In this document: positions 1 through 8,629 of the stretch, in pieces
How positions within the stretch are numbered: position 1 is the stretch's first letter
How the letters are laid out: each line of letters opens with the position of its first letter
NCBI GenBank assembly: GCA_900317905.1
Contig: ONIN01000009.1
Coordinates: forward strand, 97,133-161,132
Source: an uncultured Eubacteriales bacterium
GTDB taxonomy: Bacteria; Bacillota; Clostridia; Oscillospirales; Oscillospiraceae
Length of the DNA: 64,000 nt
Reading direction: 5' to 3'
Translations under genes and position numbers: made by a program
The notes under the pieces: generated by a model
Told to the model about the DNA's origin: nothing
The model's input: the letters and a program-made list of their open reading frames with translations, nothing else
Databases searched by the model: none

Positions 1-1565
1 AGCCCAACGGCTATCTGCACATCGGCCACTGCAAGGCATTGTGCATCGACTTCGGCACGGCGGAGAAATTCGGCGGCATCTGCAACCTCCGCATGGACGA
101 CACCAACCCCACCAAGGAGGACAACGAGTTCGTCGAGGCCATCCAGGAGGATATCCATTGGCTGGGCTTTGACTGGGACGACCGGTTCTTCTTCGGCTCG
201 GATTACTTCGAGCAGGATTATGAATACGCCGTGGAGCTCATCAACAAGGGTCTTGCCTACGTCTGCGAGCTGACCCCCGAACAGTTCAGGGAATACCGCG
301 GCGACGTGAACACCCCCGCCCGGAGCCCCTGGCGCGACCGCCCCATCGAGGAGAGCCTGGATCTGTTCAAGCGGATGCGCGACGGCGAGTTCCCCGAGGG
401 CAAGTACACCCTTCGCGCCAAGATCGACCTCGCCAGCGGCAACTTCAACATGCGCGACCCGGTGCTGTACCGCATCCGTTATGTGGAGCATCACCGCCAG
501 GGCAACAAGTGGTGCATCTATCCCATGTACGACTTCGCCCACCCGATCCAGGACGCCATCGAGGGCATCACCCACAGTCTCTGCTCTTTGGAGTATGAGG
601 ATCACCGCCCCCTGTACGACTGGGTGGTGAACAACGTTTCCGTGCCCTCCAAGCCGCGGCAGATCGAGTTCAGCCGTCTGGGCATCAACTACACGGTCAT
701 GAGCAAGCGCAAGCTCCGCCGTCTGGTGGAGGAGGGCTACGTTTCCGGCTGGGACGATCCCAGAATGCCCACCCTCTGCGGTCTGCGCAGACGGGGCTAC
801 ACTCCCGCCTCCATTCGGAATTTCACCGACCGCATCGGCGTCAGCAAGGTGCCCAGCACCGTGGATTACAGCTTCCTGGAGCACTGCCTCCGTGAGGATC
901 TGAACGACCACGCCCAGCGGGCCATGGCGGTTTTGAAGCCTGTAAAGCTCACCATCACCAACTACCCCGAGGGCGAATCCGAGCTCGTCGAGGTGGAGAA
1001 CAACCCCAACGATCCCGAGGCCGGCACCCGGCAGGTCAGCTTCTCCCGGAATCTCTATGTGGAGGCCGACGACTTCCTGCCGGAGCCGGTGCCGAAGTAT
1101 AAGCGCCTCTACCCCGACGGCCCCGAGTGCCGCCTGAAGGGCGCCTATCTGATCCGCTGCACCGGATACGAGGCCGACGAGAACGGCAACGTCACCGAGG
1201 TCTTTGCCACCTATGATCCCGAAAGCCGCGGCGGCAATCCCGCGGACGGCCGCAAGGTCAAGGGCGCTACGATCCACTGGGTCAACGCCAACGACTGCGC
1301 CGAAGCGGAGGTGCGTCTCTACGACAATCTCTTCGCCGACGAGGATCCCGAGGGTGACGGCAAGGATTATATCGAGTGCATGAACCCCGACTCCCTGCAG
1401 GTGCTCACCGGCTGCAAGGTGGAGCGGATGCTGGAGAAGGCCGAAGCGCCCGCGAGCTTCCAGTTCTTGCGTCTGGGCTATTTCGCTGTGGACAACAAGG
1501 ACTCCACGCCCGACCATCTGGTGTTCAACAGAGCGGTGGCTCTGAAGGACAGCTTTAAGAAGTAA
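1..1565 (+). CDS. glnS: glutamine--tRNA ligase (GlnRS), 5' end outside window
   Basis: Frame 3 is open from the window edge. nt 3-38 read PNGYLHIGHCKA (class I HIGH motif) and run into ORF 39..1565, which contains VMSKRKL (KMSKS-type) and a GlnRS-like C-terminal domain. Confidence 0.93.
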   Translation, partial: PNGYLHIGHCKALCIDFGTAEKFGGICNLRMDDTNPTKEDNEFVEAIQEDIHWLGFDWDDRFFFGSDYFEQDYEYAVELINKGLAYVCELTPEQFREYRGDVNTPARSPWRDRPIEESLDLFKRMRDGEFPEGKYTLRAKIDLASGNFNMRDPVLYRIRYVEHHRQGNKWCIYPMYDFAHPIQDAIEGITHSLCSLEYEDHRPLYDWVVNNVSVPSKPRQIEFSRLGINYTVMSKRKLRRLVEEGYVSGWDDPRMPTLCGLRRRGYTPASIRNFTDRIGVSKVPSTVDYSFLEHCLREDLNDHAQRAMAVLKPVKLTITNYPEGESELVEVENNPNDPEAGTRQVSFSRNLYVEADDFLPEPVPKYKRLYPDGPECRLKGAYLIRCTGYEADENGNVTEVFATYDPESRGGNPADGRKVKGATIHWVNANDCAEAEVRLYDNLFADEDPEGDGKDYIECMNPDSLQVLTGCKVERMLEKAEAPASFQFLRLGYFAVDNKDSTPDHLVFNRAVALKDSFKK

Positions 1566-1608
1566 AACCCGACGGGAAACTGTCGAAAGATAAGAGGAGG
1601 ATAATCAA

Positions 1609-2961
1609 ATGAGCGAAAAAAAGATTGGCGCCGAGCCCGTTTATGACGCGCGGAAGCTCGGTACCCCCCGTATGCTGGTGCTGGGCCTGCAGCACATGTT
1701 CGCCATGTTTGGCGCCACCGTTCTCGTCCCGATCCTGACCGGTCTGGACATCGCCACCACCCTGCTGTTTGCCGGCCTCGGCACCCTGCTGTTCCATGTG
1801 CTGACCAAGTTCAAGGTTCCCGCCTTCCTGGGCAGTTCCTTCGCCTTCCTCGGCGGTTACGCGGCCATCGCTCCGCTGGTAGACGGCGCACCCAACACCG
1901 AGATGATCCCCTACGCCTGCTTCGGCGTTGCCTGCGCGGGTCTCATGTACGTGATCCTCTCCGCCCTGTTCAAGGTCTTCGGCGTGCGGAAGGTCATGCG
2001 CTTCTTCCCGCCCATCGTCACCGGCCCGATCATCATTGCCATCGGCCTCACGCTTTCCTCCTCTGCCATCAATAACTGCAATGCCAACTGGCTCATCGCC
2101 GTGGTTGCCATTCTGACGGTGATCGGCTTCAACATGTGGGGCAAGGGCATGGCCAAGATCATCCCGATCCTGCTGGGCGTTCTGGTGAGCTACATCCTCG
2201 CCCTCATCGTCGATCCCGCCGTCCGCACCAACGTTGCCACCTCCGTTGCCGAGGCCAAATGGTTCGCGCTCCCCATCGTTTGGGAGAACAGCGTGTTCCA
2301 TCTGTTCAGCTCCGGCGTCAACAGCGGCCTGCTGCTGACCGCTATCTTCACCATCATGCCCCTGAGCCTGGCCACCATGGTCGAGCACATCGGCGACATC
2401 TGCGCCATCAGTTCCACCTGCGAGCAGAACTTCATGCAGGATCCCGGCTTCCACCGCACCCTGCTGGGCGACGGTCTGGCCACCACCCTCGCTTCCCTGT
2501 TCGGCGCTCCCGCCAACACCACTTACGGTGAGAACACCGGCGTTCTGGCCCTGAGCCGCGTCTATGATCCCCGGGTCATCCGCATCGCCGCCTGCTTCGC
2601 CATCATCGTGAGCTTCTGCCCCAAATTCGCCGCTCTGATCTCCGCCATGCCCACCGCCACCATCGGCGGCGTCAGCCTGGTGCTCTATGGTATGATCTCC
2701 GCCGTCGGTGTCCGCAACGTCGTGGAAAACCAGGTGGACTTCACCAACACCCGAAACGTCATCATCGCCGCCCTGATCCTGGTTCTGGCCATCGGCATCA
2801 ACTACTCCGTCGGCAGCATCCAGATCAGCGAGCACGTCTCCCTGTCCGGCCTCGCCGTCGCTTCCCTGGTGGGCATCGTCCTCAACGCGGTGCTCCCCGG
2901 CAAGGACTACGAGTTCGTCCAGGAGGAGAAGGGCTCCACCAGCGTGGACTTCAAGGTGTAA
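1609..2961 (+). CDS. uracil/xanthine permease (NCS2 family)
   Basis: 450-aa polytopic membrane ORF with RBS AGGAGG upstream. NCS2-like blocks LGLQHMFAMFGATVLVPILTG and GENTGVLALSRVYDP. Confidence 0.85.
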   Translation: MSEKKIGAEPVYDARKLGTPRMLVLGLQHMFAMFGATVLVPILTGLDIATTLLFAGLGTLLFHVLTKFKVPAFLGSSFAFLGGYAAIAPLVDGAPNTEMIPYACFGVACAGLMYVILSALFKVFGVRKVMRFFPPIVTGPIIIAIGLTLSSSAINNCNANWLIAVVAILTVIGFNMWGKGMAKIIPILLGVLVSYILALIVDPAVRTNVATSVAEAKWFALPIVWENSVFHLFSSGVNSGLLLTAIFTIMPLSLATMVEHIGDICAISSTCEQNFMQDPGFHRTLLGDGLATTLASLFGAPANTTYGENTGVLALSRVYDPRVIRIAACFAIIVSFCPKFAALISAMPTATIGGVSLVLYGMISAVGVRNVVENQVDFTNTRNVIIAALILVLAIGINYSVGSIQISEHVSLSGLAVASLVGIVLNAVLPGKDYEFVQEEKGSTSVDFKV

Positions 2962-2978
2962 GACACCAAACCAAAAAC

Positions 2979-3015
2979 AGACACCGGACATTCAAAGGAC
3001 TGCCCGGTGTCTTTT
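2979..3015 (+). terminator. intrinsic terminator after permease
   Basis: Stem AGACACCGG / CCGGTGTCT followed by TTTT; the loop is long (~16 nt). Confidence 0.55.
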
Positions 3016-3102
3016 CAATCAGTTTTTAGAATCCGAAATTTCCCCTTTACAATTGAAAAAGAATTTGCTATAATACCTTTCGCTGGTTTGAAACCGGCAT
3101 AT

Positions 3103-3179
3103 GCGGCTGTAGCTCAGCTGGATAGAGTGCCAGACTCCGACTCTGGAGGTCGTGGGTTCGAATCCCGTCAGCCGTACCA
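3103..3179 (+). tRNA. tRNA-Arg (anticodon CCG)
   Basis: Cloverleaf readable by eye. Acceptor GCGGCTG/CAGCCGT, D arm GCTC-AGCTGGATA-GAGT, anticodon stem CCAGA/TCTGG with loop CTCCGAC, T arm GTGGG-TTCGAAT-CCCGT, encoded CCA. Several G:U pairs. Confidence 0.87.
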
Positions 3180-3184
3180 AAAAT

Positions 3185-3215
3185 GCTCACCCACGTCAGT
3201 GGGTGGGCATTTTTG
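3185..3215 (+). terminator. intrinsic terminator after tRNA-Arg
   Basis: Stem GCTCACCCAC / GTGGGTGGGC with loop GTCA, then ATTTTTG. Confidence 0.7.
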
Positions 3216-3256
3216 CATGTAGGCTCGGGATTCGAGGTTTATGCCCTTCATGGGTA

Positions 3257-3280
3257 AATCCCGTCAGCCGTACCAAAAAT
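3257..3280 (+). repeat. 24-nt direct duplicate of the tRNA-Arg 3' end (AATCCCGTCAGCCGTACCAAAAAT)
   Basis: Identical to 3161..3184 (T-loop 3' half, acceptor 3' strand, CCA and 5 nt beyond). Preceded by a degenerate T-arm-like stretch CGGGATTCGAGGTT. Confidence 0.9.
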
Positions 3281-3304
3281 CCCGTCCACAAATGTGGGCG
3301 GGAT
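3275..3304 (-). terminator. intrinsic terminator of the LysR gene
   Basis: 12-bp stem ATCCCGTCCACA / TGTGGGCGGGAT. On the minus strand it is followed by TTTTTGG. Confidence 0.7.
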
Positions 3305-3316
3305 TCATCTTTTCTC

Positions 3317-4252
3317 TTACTGTGCGGCGCGGTATTCCTCCAGAACGCAGTTCCAGAAAACCTTGCCCTCTCTGGAGAGGCTGCGGCCCTTTCTTCTGAG
3401 CATGGCAAACTCCCAATGGGGCCCCTCATCCCCGAGACGGAAGAACCCGAGATTCGGAAGGATGTCCTGGGCGTTTTTCTCCTCGAAGATATAGTCCGGA
3501 ATATAGGCAAAGCCGCTGTCCGGCCCGGCGGCCAGACTGTTCAGGATGCCGTAGAGGTTCGACATGGTAATCCGCCGCACGGGATCCGCCCCGTGGAGCT
3601 GCAGGTGGTTCTGCTCCAGCTTGTGCAGCACGTACTCCGGCGCCATCTGATAGAAAATCTGATCCTTCAGCACCTCCGGCTCCACGCTCACCGGATGCTC
3701 CGCCGAAGTCTCCGCGCCGCCCAGGATAGGGCTGTCCTTATGGCATACCAGGTAAACCTGCTCCATGCCCAAAGGCTGATCCACACACTGCTCGTCCTCT
3801 TCCCCGCAGGAATACCCGAAGCCGATCTCCAGCTCCCCCTTGGCGATGCGGTCCCGAACCGTCTGGGCCGTGCCCTCCCAGATGGAGAGCTCGATACCCG
3901 GGTTGTCCCGGATGAACCGCGGCAGCACCGCTCTGGTGAGGGTCATGCCCTTCTGCAGCGGCACACCCACCTTCAAAACCGACTGGTGGTGGGGCCGATA
4001 GGCGTCCAGTTCCCGCAGAAGCTTCTGCTCCCGCTCGTACTGGTCCTTCAGATAATCGTAATAGACCCGTCCCGCGTCCGTGATGCGCATGGGCGAGAAA
4101 TGCCGGTCCATCAGGATCACACCGAGATCCTGCTCCAGCTTGTTTAGATACTGGGTCAGCGAAGGCTGCGACACCATAAGCTGCTCCGCGGCGCGGGTCA
4201 GATTCTTCTGCTCCACAATGGTGAGGTAGTAATATCTTCTTCCAGTATTCAT
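3317..4252 (-). CDS. LysR family transcriptional regulator
   Basis: 311 aa. N-terminal LysR HTH: YYLTIVEQKNLTRAAEQLMVSQPSLTQYLNKLEQDLGV; substrate-binding-type C-terminal part. Confidence 0.9.
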   Translation of the reverse strand: MNTGRRYYYLTIVEQKNLTRAAEQLMVSQPSLTQYLNKLEQDLGVILMDRHFSPMRITDAGRVYYDYLKDQYEREQKLLRELDAYRPHHQSVLKVGVPLQKGMTLTRAVLPRFIRDNPGIELSIWEGTAQTVRDRIAKGELEIGFGYSCGEEDEQCVDQPLGMEQVYLVCHKDSPILGGAETSAEHPVSVEPEVLKDQIFYQMAPEYVLHKLEQNHLQLHGADPVRRITMSNLYGILNSLAAGPDSGFAYIPDYIFEEKNAQDILPNLGFFRLGDEGPHWEFAMLRRKGRSLSREGKVFWNCVLEEYRAAQ

Positions 4253-4545
4253 ATCATATTCCTTTGCCGTCGTGATGAATGATTTTTATCTTTTTGTTCT
4301 ATTATACCCTCACATGTGAGGATTGTCAATTTGTAATCAAATTTTGTTTTTATATTGACAATACGCAAAAACTGATTCTTTGTGCCACGGCCCCTCACTC
4401 ATCCAACGAAAACCATAATAACAGAATTATAATAAGGATGAAACTGGTATTTTACTTTTGCTGGAATCTATGATATGGTATTTTTATAATACAAGAAATC
4501 AGTATTCAACGTCTTTTGTTTTCCTTTTCTCTCTTTTTTCTCTCA

Positions 4546-4580
4546 GAAAAACGGCAGTCCGTTCCGGGCTGCCGTTTTTC
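4546..4580. terminator. bidirectional hairpin terminator (serves the beta-propeller gene on the minus strand)
   Basis: ACGGCAG / CTGCCGT stem flanked by AAAA on the left and TTTTT on the right. Confidence 0.6.
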
Positions 4581-4595
4581 TGTATATTCTGATGT

Positions 4596-6530
4596 TTATC
4601 CTCTGGAGAGGATCACCTGATCGGTGTTCTCCAGGGTATCGAGGTTGATCACATTGACGCAGTCGCTGCCGACTACATAGAACCAGCTGCCGATGTAAAG
4701 ACCGCGGTTCTGCCAGTCCCACTCGCTGACGGCGATCTCCTTGGTGAGCTGGAAGCCGCTGTCCGGGCTGTAGCTGTAAATCAGATAGCTCCCCTCCGCC
4801 GGGAAGGCGATGAGGTTCCGGTCATGATCCACCAGAATGGCCTTGTGATTGTAAAGGGCCTCGGAGTAGTCGGCGTCGATCTCCAGGGTGCTGAGCTCTT
4901 TGAGGTTCGACGGATCGGAGGTATCGATCATGACCATCTTCATGCCGTCCATTTTGGCGATGGTCTCGCCGCTTTCATTTGCGACCTCCTGGGTCTGCAT
5001 GCCCAGGCCGAAGAGCTTCCCTTCCTCCCAGATGTGGAGGTAGTCGGAATAGCCCGGCAGCTCCACGGCGCCGGTGACTGCGGGATCGGCAGGGTCAGAA
5101 AAGTCCACGGCAAAGATCGGGTCCACGGTGCGGTAGGTGCAGAGATAGCCCCAGTCGCCGCTGAAGCGGACGGAGTAGACAAATTCGTCCTCGGCGATGC
5201 CGGTGACGCTGCCCACAGGCGACAGCGCCGAATCCAGCACATAGACGCTGGTGGAGGTGGAAGTGTCGCCGGGCTTGTAGTTCTGGAAGTCGTTGGCCTC
5301 GTCCACGTAGATCTTATAATTCTCAGTCTGCACATTGGTCACGAGGCGCAGATTTCCGTCCTTTTCGTCCATGGAGAACTGGTTGTTCAGCGCCCCGGGG
5401 ACGGAGCCGGTGGCGGCGTAGGTCAGCTTGCCGTCGGCAACGGAGAAGCGGTGGATGGTGGTGGTGGACTCGCTGACATGGGAGGTGACGGTGTAGGGCT
5501 CCTCCTTGGTCTCACTGGTAACGGTGTCGTTGTACTGGCTGTCGGCCAGATAGAGGTTCTCCAGATTCATGTAGATCATGCTGCCGCCGCCCAGGATGGA
5601 CTGGGTGTTGATGAGATCCGCGGCGGAGACATCGTAGCTGGCCAGCACGGAATAGGTGGTGGAGCTGCCGCCGGGGATGATGCCGATGGTACCGCATTCC
5701 ACGGGCTGCTTAGCCCCATCGGTGTAGAGGCAGGGCACGAAGGTCTCGTTGTCCTTTTCGTCGGGATCCCAAACGTTGTAGGCGGTTGCGACAAACAGCT
5801 TGTCGTCGATCATCCGGGAGTCGATCAGATAGCCGTCCTGACCCAGGCTCTTGACGATCTGCGGCGAGGCGGGGTTGGAGATATCCAGAATGTCCACGGC
5901 AATGTAGTCCTCGCCGCTCTCCTCGCCCTTGGCGGTGGTGTCCCAGCTGTACTGGTCAGAGAGGATCACCGCCCGGTCACCCAGGATGTACATAGCCGAC
6001 GGCTGCTTCTGATTGGTGTGAACGGAGCCGTCCTCGTTTTCCACCCGGTCCCAAGCTTCGCCGATGATGGTGTGGGAGACCTCGGTGACGGCGCCATTGT
6101 CCGCCTTCATGATGATCAGCTCATAGTCGCGGAGGATGTAGAGATAGGTGCCGTCGGTCTTGACGATGTCGCCCTCATCCACGCCCTGTACCTGCACGTT
6201 GGTCATGGAGTAGAAGGTGCCCTCGCCTTCTCCGTCGCCCATGCCTTCTGCGGCGGAAGGAGCTGAGGCGTCCGCAAACTCAGCCTGTGCGGTCAGGCCG
6301 GAATAGAGACTGTTTCTCACCTCGCGGGTCGCTTCGGCGTCCGCGATGGCGTCGGAGACTTCGCCGTAGCTCTCAGCAAAGTGGAGTACCGGGCGAACCG
6401 GCGCGGCTGCCGCAGGCTCCGTGGAGGCGCTGGGCTCCGGTTCCGCCGTATCCTGCTTCCCGCAGGCGGACAGAACGCCCAGCAGCAGGCAGCAGATCAA
6501 AAGGATGGATGTGATCTTTTTCAGTTTCAT
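4596..6530 (-). CDS. secreted lipoprotein with C-terminal beta-propeller domain (Beta_propel/COG4880-like)
   Basis: The track ORF extends to 6902, but the real start is MKLKKITSILLICCLLLGVLSACG (lipobox LSAC) at 6530, since the extension overlaps the upstream aldolase gene. Family-like blocks include VRFSGDWGYLCTYRTVDPIFAVDFSDPADP. Confidence 0.85.
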   Translation of the reverse strand: MKLKKITSILLICCLLLGVLSACGKQDTAEPEPSASTEPAAAAPVRPVLHFAESYGEVSDAIADAEATREVRNSLYSGLTAQAEFADASAPSAAEGMGDGEGEGTFYSMTNVQVQGVDEGDIVKTDGTYLYILRDYELIIMKADNGAVTEVSHTIIGEAWDRVENEDGSVHTNQKQPSAMYILGDRAVILSDQYSWDTTAKGEESGEDYIAVDILDISNPASPQIVKSLGQDGYLIDSRMIDDKLFVATAYNVWDPDEKDNETFVPCLYTDGAKQPVECGTIGIIPGGSSTTYSVLASYDVSAADLINTQSILGGGSMIYMNLENLYLADSQYNDTVTSETKEEPYTVTSHVSESTTTIHRFSVADGKLTYAATGSVPGALNNQFSMDEKDGNLRLVTNVQTENYKIYVDEANDFQNYKPGDTSTSTSVYVLDSALSPVGSVTGIAEDEFVYSVRFSGDWGYLCTYRTVDPIFAVDFSDPADPAVTGAVELPGYSDYLHIWEEGKLFGLGMQTQEVANESGETIAKMDGMKMVMIDTSDPSNLKELSTLEIDADYSEALYNHKAILVDHDRNLIAFPAEGSYLIYSYSPDSGFQLTKEIAVSEWDWQNRGLYIGSWFYVVGSDCVNVINLDTLENTDQVILSRG

Positions 6531-6627
6531 GGTTTCCACCTCATTTAGAAAGGTTAGTGTTTTGACGAGTTGCGACAGGAAAAGGTTCCGATGAAACAGC
6601 GTGCCGGAATTGCGGCACGCTGTCTGT

Positions 6628-7401
6628 TTATCCCAGGAGATTCTTCTTCGCAGCCATGGCGGCGTTGGTGAGGATGGTGGCATCCATGCCCAGGGTGACG
6701 CTGCCGTAGCCCAGCTCGAAGTCCTGCTTTGCTGCCGCCTCATTGGCCGCAAAGATGAAGGAGAACTTGCCCTTGGCCTCGCAGACTTTTTGGATGTGGG
6801 CGATGGCCTCCCTGACCTCCGGATCGTCGAACCGGCCCGGCTTGCCCAAGGCGGTGCTGAGGTCGAAGGGCCCCACGTAGATGCCGTCCACGCCGGGGAC
6901 ATCGAGGATGTTCTCCAGATCGTTCAGGCATTCCACCGTCTCACACTGGGGCAGGAGCATGGTCTCATTGTTGGAGACCTCGAAATAGTGATCCAGCCCC
7001 TGCTGCGCGTATTCCTCATACCAGAAGCCGCTGCCGGCGGTATTGGCCACGCCACGCTTGCCCAGGGGCAGATACTTTCCGTATTCTACGATCTTCTCCA
7101 CTTCCGCCACCGTGCGCACGTCCGGAATGACAAGACCCATGACGCCCACATCCAGCAGCCGCAGGATGGACGGGCGGCTGATCTCCGACACTCTGGCGAA
7201 GGGCGTGAGTCCGTAGAGCTTCGCGGCGCGGACATATTCCAGGGTGGACTGGGGGTTGAAGGGGCCGTGTTCGTTGTCGATGATGATATAGTCCAGCCCC
7301 GCGAGGCCCAGGCACTCTGCCACCGTGGCGCTGCCCAGCTCAAAGAAAGTGCCCAGGGTCTTCTCCCCCGCCAGCATTTTGGATTTTACCTGATTCTTCA
7401 T
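6628..7401 (-). CDS. HpcH/HpaI family aldolase (2-keto-3-deoxy-acid aldolase type)
   Basis: 257 aa; DYIIIDNEHGP and GIYVGPFDLS motifs typical of the HpcH/HpaI aldolase/citrate-lyase fold. Confidence 0.85.
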   Translation of the reverse strand: MKNQVKSKMLAGEKTLGTFFELGSATVAECLGLAGLDYIIIDNEHGPFNPQSTLEYVRAAKLYGLTPFARVSEISRPSILRLLDVGVMGLVIPDVRTVAEVEKIVEYGKYLPLGKRGVANTAGSGFWYEEYAQQGLDHYFEVSNNETMLLPQCETVECLNDLENILDVPGVDGIYVGPFDLSTALGKPGRFDDPEVREAIAHIQKVCEAKGKFSFIFAANEAAAKQDFELGYGSVTLGMDATILTNAAMAAKKNLLG

Positions 7402-7431
7402 AGTTTTTCCTTTCTCAGTCGCCGTTCCGGC

Positions 7432-8448
7432 TCACTTGGTCTGGGCGCTCAGCGGGAAGTATTCCTCCATACTGCCGCGGATCATTTGCAGGTTCGGCAC
7501 CAGCACCATCATGCCGCGGATGGTGGCGTTATAATAGGCATTGTCCGCCGGGACATAATAGGATTCGATCTTGTCGTTCCCGCGGAGGGTCGTGAAGCCG
7601 CTGGCGATCAGGGACAGGATCTGTACCGTGCTCTGGTCGGTGGTCAGCTGCGGGATCAGCGCCTTGGCCAGGCTGATCAAGGTCGTCAGGTTGCTTTTCC
7701 GGGCCTTTTCGAAGACGGACATCAGCACATTTCGCTGTCTTCCCGTGCGGCCGAAGTCGCTGTCCAGCTTTCGGATGCGAGCATAGATCAGCGCGTGTTC
7801 GCCGTCCAGATGGTTCTGCCCCGCGGAGACGCCCACGATCCTGGCTTCCGCGGCGGTGAGCTCCACGTCCACGCCGCCCACCGCGTCAATGACCGACTCG
7901 AAGCCGTTGAAATCCACCTCAAAGCAGGCATCCACATGGACGCCGAAGTTCTCTGTCAGCGTCTCCTTCAGCAGCTCAAATCCGCCGAAGGCGTAGGAGG
8001 CATTCAGTCGGTTGTCGGTGTAGCCGGGGATACGGACATAGAGATCGCGCAGGAAGGACACCATGGAGATCTCCTTGGTCTCCGGGTTCAGGCTCACGAT
8101 GATCATGGAGTCAGAACGCTGACGGCCCTCGCCGGGACGTCGGTCCTGGCCCACCAGAAGGATGTTGATGAGATCCTCATCCGGCAGCGGCTCCACCAGC
8201 GTCCACTCCACATCCTTGGGCGCCACGGTATCCGGCCCATCGCTGTCCACTTCAAAATCCTCCATGGAGGGGTCGATCCGATCGCCGCCTGCGTGTCCGA
8301 TCATACCCAGCGAAATCAGAATAAACAGCACCGCCGCCAGCAGCAACGCCAGAAACAGCAGCAGCGCCGCCGTCAACGGTGATACGCGACGGAGCTTCTT
8401 TGCCTGATCCTTTGCTTTCTGCTTCAGTTCTTTCTTGTTTTCTTCCAT
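7432..8448 (-). CDS. LCP (LytR-CpsA-Psr) family cell-envelope polymer transferase
   Basis: N-terminal TM followed by NILLVGQDRRPGEGRQRSDSMIIVSLNPETKEISMVSFLRDLYV. Start moved to MEENKK (8448), 6 nt after GGAGGG. Confidence 0.85.
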   Translation of the reverse strand: MEENKKELKQKAKDQAKKLRRVSPLTAALLLFLALLLAAVLFILISLGMIGHAGGDRIDPSMEDFEVDSDGPDTVAPKDVEWTLVEPLPDEDLINILLVGQDRRPGEGRQRSDSMIIVSLNPETKEISMVSFLRDLYVRIPGYTDNRLNASYAFGGFELLKETLTENFGVHVDACFEVDFNGFESVIDAVGGVDVELTAAEARIVGVSAGQNHLDGEHALIYARIRKLDSDFGRTGRQRNVLMSVFEKARKSNLTTLISLAKALIPQLTTDQSTVQILSLIASGFTTLRGNDKIESYYVPADNAYYNATIRGMMVLVPNLQMIRGSMEEYFPLSAQTK

Positions 8449-8629
8449 GTTCATCCCTCCCGGGGTTCTGCAATCAAAAAAACACAGATTTCTGCAACAA
8501 TTCGACAAATCTCCACGTTATTGATTATAGCAAAGACCGTCCCGTGAAGCAAGTGCCATGGCTTGTAGTTTCTGCCGAAATATGATAAAATTTCACAAGT
8601 ATGTTTTTCCCGAAGAAAGGAATCCTGAT

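Noticed and set aside
1555-2991. 478-aa minus-strand ORF antisense to the permease gene
   Set aside because: Gly/Asp/Ala/His-rich low-complexity translation with no RBS. It is a typical GC-driven shadow of the well-supported NCS2 permease on the plus strand.
3152-4147. 331-aa plus-strand ORF starting inside the tRNA and running antisense through the LysR gene
   Set aside because: It begins within the tRNA gene and crosses two terminators. The minus-strand LysR call is unambiguous.
4279-4473. 64-aa ORF in the AT-rich gap upstream of the LysR gene
   Set aside because: No RBS, Phe/Ile/Cys/Asn-rich AT-driven composition, and it overlaps the palindromic operator-like sites.
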